A DNA stretch of 64,000 nucleotides from Macrostomum lignano. Lineage: Eukaryota. Positions 23,634 through 48,968 of this stretch are shown here, piece after piece (positions within the stretch are counted from its first letter, which is position 1; each line of letters opens with the position of its first letter). The translations under genes and the position numbers were made by a program. Where the stretch lies: assembly GCA_002269645.1 (NCBI GenBank), contig NIVC01000218.1, forward strand, positions 266,407-330,406. The letters run 5' to 3'. The notes under the pieces are model-generated. The model did not search any database. It saw only the letters and a program-made list of their open reading frames with translations, and was not told the origin of the DNA.

Positions 23634-26600
23634 TCTCGCCGAAACTACAACGACAGCAGCAGCGGCGGCAGCGGCAGCAACGAAGAGGACAGCAATAATA
23701 AAGGCGGAATGCGGCCGCCACCGCCTCAGCCGCAGCAGCGGCTTCGTCCAACCTCGGCAATCACGGTGGTTCAAGCACCGTCGGCATCTTCAGCGGCTGC
23801 CTCCAGCTCGCGCGGCCAGCAGCAGCAGCCGCCACGCTCCCCTTCGTCTGCGTCGTCCTACTCTGAGGGCGAGGAGCGCCAGCCGGAGCCGATTCTTGTG
23901 CGCAGCGACGACAACTCCGAGTCTCCCCGATCCAGCCGGTCATCATCTGCATCGTCCGGTTCGGCCGCGTCCTCTGAGCAGCAGCAGCAGCAGCAGTCCG
24001 CTTCTCGACGCCAAAAGCACCGGCGCGACTCAAAGCGACGTCAAGAGCGATCGCGCCGGCGTCAGGAGCAGCGCGGCGGCGGCGGCGAAGCGCAACGTCG
24101 GAGCGACGTCGGCAGTCGCGATCGTCAGGGGCATCGGTCGCGCGACCGGCGTCGGGACCATCGGGATCGCGATCGGGACTCCAGAACGTCCAGAGACAGT
24201 CGGAAGCGTCGGCATGGAAGGTCCCCAGCTCGATCCCCGTCGCCATCGGCAAAGCAGTCTCGTCCTTCGGCGTCGTCCGCCGAGCGTCAAGAGGAGGCGA
24301 TGCGCCGACGATTGGAATTGAAAATCCGCGAGAAAGAGCGCTTAGAAAAGCAGCAGAAAAAGCAACAACAACAGCAGAAGCAGAAATTTGATGAACAAGC
24401 CAACGAGGACGACGATGTTGATGTCGGCAATTCGCCAATGGTGTCGATTGAGGAGCCGCCTCGGTCGGCAGGCAATGCAAATCATCCCACAGCCATCGCC
24501 AGCTCCCCATCGAACTCTTCAGTAGCTTCATCCAGATCCTCCGCTGGAGCGGGCTCATCCTCGCCAAGAGAGTCGCCTACTAAGCAGAAGCAGCCAGAGC
24601 AACAGCAGGAGCAGAAAGAGGCGGAGCCGCCGAAGCCGCCCCGTCGAGTTTACCTGCCGGCTATCCAGGGCTGCCGCAATGTGGAAGAGTACCACTGCCT
24701 CAACCGTATCGAGGAAGGCACCTACGGCGTTGTTTACCGAGCCTGCGACAAAAAGACCAAAGAAATTGTTGCTTTGAAACGATTAAAAATGGAGAACGAA
24801 CGCGAAGGCTTTCCCATTACATCGTTGCGCGAGATTAACACCCTGTTGAAAGCTCAACATGAAAATATTGTTACTGTCAGGGAGATTGTGGTTGGCAGCA
24901 ATATGGATAAGATCTACATTGTCATGGACTATGTTGCCCACGATCTCAAATCGCTGATGGAAATTATGACTAAACCGTTCAAGGTAAATGATACAGACTC
25001 ATCTGCCCCCTTATACAGACTGATCCGCCCTCTTACACAGACTCATCCGCCCTTTTTTACAGACTCATCCGCCCCCTTATACAGACTGATCCGCCCTCTT
25101 ACACAGACTCATCCGCCCTTTTTTACAGACTCATCCGCCCCCTTATACAGACTGATCCGCCCTCTTACACAGACTCATCCGCCCTTTTTTACAGACTCAT
25201 CCGCCCCCTTATACTGACTCATCCGCCCCCTTATACAGACTCATCCGCCCCCTTATACAGACTCATCCGCCCCCTTATACAGACTGATCCGCCCTCTTAC
25301 ACAGACTCATCCGCCCTTTTTTACAGACTCATCCGCCCTCTTATACTGACTCATCCGCCCCCTTATACAGACTCATCTGCCCCCTTATACAGACTGATCC
25401 GCCCTCTTACACAGACTCATCCGCCCTTTTTTACAGACTCATCCGCCCCCTTATACAGACTGATCCGCCGTCTTACACAGACTCATCCGCCCTTTTTTAC
25501 AGACTCATCCGCCCCCTTATACTGACTCATCCGCCCCCTTATACAGACTCATCCGCCCCCTTATACAGACTCATCCGCCCCCTTATACAGACATCCGCCC
25601 TCTTATAGACTCATCCGCCCTCTTATAGACTCATCCGTCCTCTTATAGACTGATCCGCCCTCTTACACAGACTCATCCGCCCTTTTTTACAGACTCATCC
25701 GCCCCCTTATACAGACTGATCCGCCCTCTTACACAGACTCATCCGCCCTTTTTTACAGACTCATCCGCCCCCTTATACTGACTCATCCGCCCCCTTATAC
25801 AGACTCATCCGCCCCCTTATACTGACTCATCCGCCCCCTTATACAGACTCATCCACTCCCCTTATACTGACTCATCCGCCCCCTTATACAGACTCATCCG
25901 CCCCCTTATACTGACTCATCCGCCCCCTTATACAGACTCATCCACTCCCCTTATATTGACTCATCCGCCCCCTTATACAGACTCATCCGCCCTCTTATAG
26001 ACTCATCCGTCCTCTAACACAGACTCATCCGCTCCTTACAGACTCATCCGCACCCTTACACAGACACAGCCGCCCCTCACCGTAGTCTTATCCACTCCTA
26101 GTTACAAAGGCATTCTCTCTGTCCCAATGGTGATAGTATACACCGCCTGCGCCCCGCAGATCGAGGAGGTGAAATGCCTGATGCTGCAGCTCCTTCGCGC
26201 CGTGGCTCACCTGCACGATAATTGGATTCTGCATCGCGATTTGAAAACCTCCAATCTGCTGCTCAGCCATCAGGGCATATTGAAAGTCGGCGATTTCGGC
26301 CTAGCTCGCGAGTACGGCAGCCCATTGAAAAAGTACACCACCGTTGTGGTGACCCTGTGGTATCGCTCAGTTGAGCTGCTGCTGGGCACTAGGCTCTACA
26401 GCACACCCATCGACTGCTGGAGCGTTGGCTGCATATTTGGCGAACTGCTGCTCAAAGAGCCGCTATTCCGGGGCAAAGGCGAGATCGAACAGCTCAAACT
26501 GATATTCCGCGAGCTCGGCCGGCCGACGGAGAAGATCTGGCCGGATCTGCTGCAGCTGGCAGCGGCTAAACGGTTACTGGTTGAACAACCGCTATTTGAC

Positions 26601-27107
26601 GGAGATGAATACCGGTTTAACCGGTTGAGAAACCGGTTCCCGGCTGACAGGATGTCCGACGCCGCTTTCGGCCTTATCAACGGCCTGCTGACATTCGATC
26701 CGAGCAGGCGGCTCACGGCTGAACAGGCGCTGAAGCACGAGTACTTTAGCGAGCGCCCGGCCGCGATTGACCCGTCCCTGTTCCCCACCTGGCCGGCCAG
26801 GTCGGAGGGTCATCGGGCCGGAGCGTCGCACGGGCATCAGCAAAGTCAGCAGCAGCAGAACCGGCACAGCCCCAAGCCGCCATCCGGTGGCAAGGCCTAT
26901 TCTCGGCTAATCCGCGGCGGAGATGGCGAAATTTTTAATAGCGGTGTAGCCGCTGATACGGCTAATCCACCTGCGGCTCCTTCGGCTGCTGTTGCCGCTG
27001 CGGCTGCCGCAGCTGCCGCGGTTAGCGCTAAACTGCCTCCGCCGCCGGCGCAGTCTCAGCCACAGCCGCAGTTGCCGCCGGGTTTTAATTTGCGAGGCGG
27101 ATTTTAA
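23634..27107 (+). CDS. CDK11: Cyclin-dependent kinase 11 (PITSLRE/CDC2L) with RS/RD-rich N-terminus
   Basis: Exons 23634-24983 (acceptor TTCCAG, donor AAG|GTAAAT) and 26160-27107, phase 0. Motifs YLPAIQGCRNVEEYHCLNRIEEGTYGVVYRA, GFPITSLREINTLLK, HRDLKTSNLLL, GDFGLAREYGSP. The first in-frame ATG is at 23709; the true start may be upstream. Confidence 0.95.
24990..26070. repeat. 22-bp minisatellite (ACAGACTCATCCGCCCCCTTAT)n with 66-bp higher-order trimer, CDK11 intron
   Basis: Read-through ORF shows a 22-aa (66-nt) period, TDSSAPLYRLIRPLTQTHPPFF. Confidence 0.95.
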
Positions 27108-27765
27108 ATAAATTTAAAAAATGTAACAATAATATATATTTATAATTAATTTCTTTGCGTTTGACAACTGAAGAGGGGATTGTAAAACAGAAGTACTTTA
27201 TAAAACAGAAGTAAAATTATACTTGTTTAAATAAAAGTTCAAATTGTAATTCTTCAAATAGAAGTACAAATTGTACTTTTTAAATTAAAGTACAAAATAT
27301 ACTTTTTTCAAATAGCACGTTTTTTAAATACAAGTAAAAATTGTACTTTTCGAATAGAAGTACGAAATGAAATAAAATAAGATTAAAAAATAAAATAGAA
27401 AAATACATTAAGTACATAATGTTGATTTTTTAAGTACAAGTACTAAACAACGCGCAGGGTAAAAAACTATTTCCTGCTCCTGTTCTACTCCTACGATTCC
27501 GCAAGCAATTATTGAGTGACATTGTTCAATAATTAATAATTGTTCAATTCTATCCGCAATAAAGCTTTGTTTGCTCGTAAATACGATTTTCTAATAATAT
27601 ACAGAAAATAAACGCGTTTAACTCAATTCATCTCCTATTTTCCTGCTCTCGTATTGTCAGAATGCTCTGCTATAATGTGCTTGGTTAATTACGGATTAAT
27701 TAGTTATAAAATACTTTACTTCATTGAATTATAGGTATACATTCTCCTCCTTTTCCCAGTGTGGC

Positions 27766-29222
27766 TATGGAAAAGGAAGTCCGAGGATGCATTTCTCAGG
27801 CCGAGGCGAAGCCTTGAGAATATCATCCGAGGACTTTCTTTTCCATAGACATATTTGGAAAAAGGAGGAGAAAATATTTAACCTACTGAAAGCAAAATAC
27901 GCATCAATATCCAGTACAGTTAGTCTTTGGCACAAGCTATGTGACTGACTGGCTAAAGTGTTATAGATCGTCTACCTAGATGGAGCACTGAGCAGTCCAT
28001 CCATTTGCATATATAATAGAACCATGGAAGACGACTTAGATCTAGTGCTACGATATTTTGAAAGTAAAGAATCCGCTGCAACGAATCCTGCTGCTGGTAG
28101 TGATCGATTCGCTACGCTCTCGACTGACGAAATACAAGGGAAGCTGGACGCTGCTATCCCACCAAATACGCGAAGGAAGGAACTATGGGCTGTAAGAATT
28201 TTTGACCAGTGGTTTGAGCAGCGACACAATCGAATTCTACATGGTGATACAACTGGCCTTCTCGTGTTGATGGAGCGTCATGAATGGAACGCTTGCGATT
28301 GGAACTATCTATTAAAGATGTTCATTCTCGAGGTGCGAAAAGTCGATGGCACTAAATACAATGCTACGACCCTTAGGGACATATTTTCCATGATGCAACA
28401 CTATCTGCAGTACACGCTCAAGAAAGAACTGAATCTTTGGAAGGACGCTGCGTGCAGGGATGCAAGAATGGCATTGGATGCTGCCATGAAAGAAGCTACT
28501 AGAGAGGGCCTAGTTCCGGGGACAAATGCGTCTAGCCCAATTCCCGCAACTCTGGAGGAGTTGTGGCAGAAAGGACGTCTTGCTGGCTTTGCTAGAGAGG
28601 ACATCGCTCGTGTTACAGGACACTCTTCGACAGCTATTGAGCGCTATATTCAGTTTGACGTACAAGACCATGTTAAAGTATCGCATGCTCTTCAATCTGG
28701 TGGTCAGTCATCAAGTCTGTCTATTGACACCGAGCCTGAACGCTCTGTTGAAGCTATGGAACAAAGTAACGTAGTGACTGCTAATCCTGCAAAGAAAATG
28801 AGGCTTAACATCAATGGTAACACCAACACCGTTGTAATCGTTTTCGAGTGAGTGCTTACAAGACGCTTCTAAATCTTACTATTTGAACTTCCTGTTGTTG
28901 GTTTACATTTGTTAAATACAACTGTTTATAGCAGGACTGAGAACTATTTCTCAGGCCTCGTTTGGGGACTGAGAAATGATATATTCCTGCACGATCACGA
29001 GTGCGGGAAGGACATCTGCACGAGTGCACGATGTCCTTCACGCACGAGTGAACGTGAAGGAATTCCATTGTCGGATGATTCATCGTGCAGGAATGCACAA
29101 AACCGTGCAGGAATGCATTTCTGCGCCTAATGCTTTTTCAGTGAGATTTTACCATAGACATCCATTCCTGCACGCAAGAGTGCAAGAATGCCATTCCTGC
29201 ATGGAAAATCAGCCGACAATGG
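27766..29222 (+). mobile_element. Crypton-type (tyrosine recombinase/DUF3504 family) element with internally deleted YR ORF 28024-28851 and flanking hairpins
   Basis: ORF has family-typical motifs RFA.LS..EI..., IPPNTRRKELWAVRIFDQW, LKMFILEVRKVDGTKYNATTL, LDAAMKE...GL, LWQKG, then jumps directly to L.GF.REDIARVTGHSSTAIERY. Inverted-repeat structures at 27766-27848, 28929-28990 and 29065-29222. Exact ends not determined. Confidence 0.8.
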
Positions 29223-30809
29223 TTCTCAGTCCTCCTACAACCGATAAATTACCATAGAAGTTGTTGTTCCTCGGGAAAAGGATGAGACTGCGAAAGAGGC
29301 GAGAAATGCACTTTCTGTAGGTTAATTTATGGATACACACCAGCTTAGGTACAACACGCACATAGAAGTTGAACTGTCCGTGGCCGTTCCTTCTAACGAT
29401 CTTTGGACCTTGAGATAGTGCCCGCTTCAATTACATCTCACTGCACACAGTTCAATGTCGCTATTTACTATAGATGATATTCCTGTAACCGCTCGAAGTA
29501 GTCGAACTTCCGAATATCACTACCAAAACAGCAGTTAAAATTAAAAAAAGCAAATCAAAAAATCAACAAAAATTTCTTTTTTAAGGCACCAGCTGCTCGA
29601 ACTCTTACCCAACAGCATTTGTCCTAATAGATGTTTATTTCTTTTTAATAATCGAACGGCCCGGTCACTCACCGCGGATCAATCGATCAGCTGAATCAGT
29701 TCAATCTGACTGCTATTAGCATCCACTATAAGTAGTATATAGCTCAGTGCAAGCATTTTAAATAGGATTAATTTTTATTAAGTTCGCGCAGACACAATTC
29801 TGCAACAATAAAACTCGGAACAGACAGAGAAGCAAGAAAAAACCATTAATTTGTGGCGCATTTTAAATCATTAATTTCAGCGTGTTTCCTCTGACCAACT
29901 ATAATATTATTGGTAGGAGATATTTTAAATTAATTGGAAGATCAAACAAGACAATAGAAAGATTTTATTCATTCAATTCCAATCCATTATCAAGTTAATC
30001 ATTGAATCAAACTTGACACCTGACAATACTCAGTCATAATATTAATTACGACAAAAATTAATTTACTATGAAACTTGAGTAGTCTCAAGCAATGCTTAAT
30101 ATAATGTAACAACTAGTATATCAGGTAAATGAAGAAAAAAACATTAGTTAAGTCCTTACGCTACAAAAATAAGTTATTTTCAAGCCAAGAAAAAAAACAA
30201 ACAAAAGAGCATCGAGAGAAAAATTACTTCAGAAACATTAATATAATAATTATACTACATTAATCCTGCACCCCCGGAAACACACACAAAACGAACTCGC
30301 GAACAACATTTGTAACAAATTGAGACCAAAAACACAAGTCTTAGATATCTTTTATTCGAATCCAACAGAACACCAAAACGTAACAGCAGCAAAATATGTC
30401 AAATTATAACGATAATAAATAATAACAATAATTAAAATATATAATTACTGAGTATGACGGGCACGCAGGAAATTTGAAAGCAAGAAAAACAAATTTATAT
30501 CTTAAAGAATCCATACTAAAATTTATATAATTGTCGCTTCCACTATTAATTTATTTAGGAAATTTACTATTTCATTGCTATAAATTTTATAGCGTATTTT
30601 CTGTCAGTAGACCTATAAGTAGGATAATCATCACATGTATATCTTAATTTAATTGTGGAAATGAAAATTACGGGCGGAAATTTGGGGTTAGAAAATTATA
30701 ATAGAATAATAATAGATCAAGGAGCATGAGTCACAATAATGAGGATTTGGATACGGGGTCAGCCAGCCAGCAACACAAAAAACTCTACTTTTCAGTTCAG
30801 AGTTTGAGC

Positions 30810-45246
<14,437 letters not shown>

Positions 45247-48200
45247 TTTACCCATCTGGTCCAGACAGGTCAGATAGGTATTGGGCATGTATATGTGCAC
45301 CTAGCATGATCTGGACAATGACATCAAAGCCATTTTGGCAAAAGTTGATAATGGTAAACAATACTTTTGCAGTGACAACTTCATATAAAGATGGCCATTT
45401 TGGCAAACAATTTGTTAAGATAGATCTAAGCTTTGGCAATAAGTAAAGAGTTCTTATTGGTTTAGGAAAAAAGTAAAAATGAAAAAAGGAACTTTATAAA
45501 GACTATTTTATTGTCATGTTTTTATTATATGGCAATTTTAATTTCTGATTAGTAAGTTATTTTATTAGGTACCATTGTACTATATAATGGGATTAGTTCA
45601 AAGTAAAATTTATGAATTAGGACTTTGAAATATAAAAAGCATACTATTATCCTTAATCTATCAATTGCACTTTGCATGTATATAAAATAGCTATTGGCTA
45701 AGTTGTGATCTTAAGTCCTGAAGATGTTCTATATATGCCACAAAAATATTTGACCCTGCCTCCCACATGCCAAGATTATTTAGAAATCTCATGTGCACTG
45801 CACACTGTATACCAAGGCAAGGGCCTTATTTGCATTGCACACCACATGCGAGACTAATACTATAGAAGAAATTGAAAGCAAAAATGCATCTTGAACTTTT
45901 CAAGTTTTTAAATTTAAATAAAATTATAAATTAAAGTAATTTTTTATAAGAGTAAAACTGAATCTTTAAGTGCAGCCACATTATATATGTAGCTATATCT
46001 AGAAGTATTCAAACAGTTTGCCACACTTTTTAATTTTGTTCATGCTTTTCAGTTATTACTAGATTTTCATTTATTCTCAAGTAGCTTAATTATGTGTTTA
46101 ATAAGGCTATATAGTTTAACTCATGACAAAATGCAACTAATATATATTGAAACTATTTATATAATTGTGGCTGCACTTTAAGATTTAGTGTTACTCCTAA
46201 AAAATTATTTATTTTAAAAAAATTCAAATAAAAAATTGTCCACTTGGGATTTGAAACGTTTCATGCAATCATAAGGCAATTAACTTATCCACTAAGCTAC
46301 TATTTGCTTATGAGAGAGCCTTATAGAACACGCATTTTATATTGATAATTATATACATGGCAACCATACTTATAAGCTCCAATATTATAGACACAACTAC
46401 CCACTGTGTATCTAAATGTGAACCTATTCAATTCAATATTAATATCACTACCATCTCTTACTTTGTTTTTAAGTGTGAACCCATTCAATATTAATGACAT
46501 GGCAATCATGCAAGTTTCATTGTCATTATGGCAATGTCTAAAAGTGACTAGGTCTATACTTATAGACATAGTAGCCATGTCTATAATGCAAAAACTTATA
46601 CTATAGACACAGTGGCTATGTCTATAAGAATGGACCTAGTCATTATTAAAGACATGGCTATTATGTCTATAAGTTTCTGCATTATAGACAGCCACCAGGT
46701 CTTTAAGTATGGCATATATTATATTAAGGCCTATAAATATTTTTTTAAATGTTGTAACTAAAATTATCAAAAAAAATTTTAATTAGGCCCAAGATATTAC
46801 CAATTACAATTTTTTTAATCTTATATAAACCAATTAGGCCTATAAAGATTATAAAAATCTTAGGAAGCCTATGCTAACTGAAAATTCATTTTTTGCCAAA
46901 AATTCCTTCACCAAAATAGGCTGAACCCTATAGTTAGGAAGGTGTGCCATTTGTGCTGAATAAATTTCCCCCATTTTTTTCTAATGCATCATGCACCACA
47001 GCAATTTTTTCTTTGTGCCATGCACCAGTGCTTGGATTGGCTTGGAATAGGTAAAAATTCTATTTATAACAATATAACAATATTGATTTAGCAATAAGAT
47101 CAAATGGCACATAGCAAACAGTAAATACTAAATGGAAATTTGAATTTGAACTTTGAGCAGTCTTTAATGTTCATAAAAAATAACGATTTTTGTTAAAGTC
47201 ACTATAATTGTAACAACAAAATATCCGAAAATACAAAAAATATATAGGCCTATCACAAAGGCTACCTGATTATATTATTATTTACTGATCAAAGGAATCT
47301 ATCCCATGCGCCAACTGTGCCAAGTTGCAGGCTGTCATTTTTCCTTTTGCACCAAATGCGCCAAGTATGCCAGAGTAGAGAAATGGCCAATTTGTGCCGG
47401 AAAATTTGGTGAAATCTACTGCCAACTATGGGCTAAACCTAAAATTTGGACCTTTGATGAGATTTCACATCTTGGTGCCTACAAAAATCTTAGTGTAGGA
47501 CTGTAGGGAGCTGGACCTAGTGATAGAAAAAATTTAGCTTGCCAAGCTAATCTATTTTAACTTCACATTTACAATCCTCCACGACCACAGTCCACACTAA
47601 ATCAATTTTTTTAAAATAAAATAAAAACATACTACAAACTTAGATTTATTAGGGCCTATAGGCCTATGCCTGTAGAATGTTGATGTATCAAAAACTGTCT
47701 AACAGGTAAGTCAAGTCAAATAACACACAAAGGTCACTGCAGAAATAATACCAATGCTGAATTATAGAAAAGGATACGATTGTTGCTGTTGTCGAACTTT
47801 TGTGTGATTTGTTGAATGATCAGTCATTTCCCTGTCCCTTACTACTGAAGGACAAGGGAAGGACGGCTACTGTCCATGTTAAATCAGAGAAGACTAGAAC
47901 AACTCTATATGCCTCACGTGCAGCACGTTGTGGATTGCGTTAGAACCAATTCTAACAAACCGAAAGAATAGCGAAATAAGAAAAGATTTCTAATTCACAT
48001 GAACTCATTTAAAGTAAAACAAATAACATTACTACAGTAAAACTATAAGAAGTTAAGTTTTGAGATCAATAGGTCTTAGACCTATAATAATATAATAAAA
48101 TATGGTAAGTTAAAAAAAACAACTTAAAAGTATTACCATTTTCTACGGCAATTAAGTCACAATGCACTTTTTTACTTCAGCACTTCAGCATTTCTCAGCA

Positions 48201-48968
48201 ACTTCAGCACTGTTTCTATTTGTACTGGCACTTCTGAAATTTCTTGAAGATTTAACTTGAAGATTGTACTTCAAACTGCCACCAATAGTTTGATCATGAA
48301 TGACAACTTTGGCTTAATCAAATAAGTAATATTAACCAACATTTCATTCAATATTTGTTAATCTTTAATAAATCAAAAATAACTCTTTTTGGAAACATTA
48401 TCAGCACAAAGTTAACAGCATGTAAATTAATACTAATGAGAAAAAATCCAAAACTTGTAATCAAATGGTGAAATACATGTCTTAATACCCATTTTAATAA
48501 AACCATTAGACGGGTATTTAGCTATTAACTACCAGATCTTACTATCGAGCTTCAGTTATAAACAGCATTTTTGCAGATGTATGTATTTACAGATGAAGAA
48601 ATAATCATTTTTCTATGACTTTTGCCTGTCTAAGGATAGTACACATGATGGCATCGTGCAGATTAATCCTGAAATGTGATCTGAGAACTAAATCAGCAGA
48701 TTTTATATAGTAGCTATACAAGGCAATGATGAAATGAAATAAAAAACGATATGAGAACTAAAATGTGTGCCAATGAAAAGTTGTACGAGTTACAGATCTA
48801 CCCGCGGTATACACTCAATTCATTCTGTAATGATATGTTTACGAAGAAGAAATACCCTCTCTTTGAGTTCATCAAAGTATAAAATTCTCTGAAGACTTTA
48901 CATGTGTATATATCTGTGAGCAGTTTAGCAATGCTCATACATGTACGAGCGTATATATATTGGTTGGC

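Noticed and set aside
23761-24567. Antisense and alternative-frame ORFs over GC-rich exons (also 31509-31933, 41670-42230, 49649-50162)
   Set aside because: They are shadows of GC-rich coding exons with no independent motifs.
48645-48690. ATGATG...CTGA...CTGA on the + strand as a C/D snoRNA
   Set aside because: The C box is imperfect, there is no terminal stem, and it is not in a sense-strand intron.
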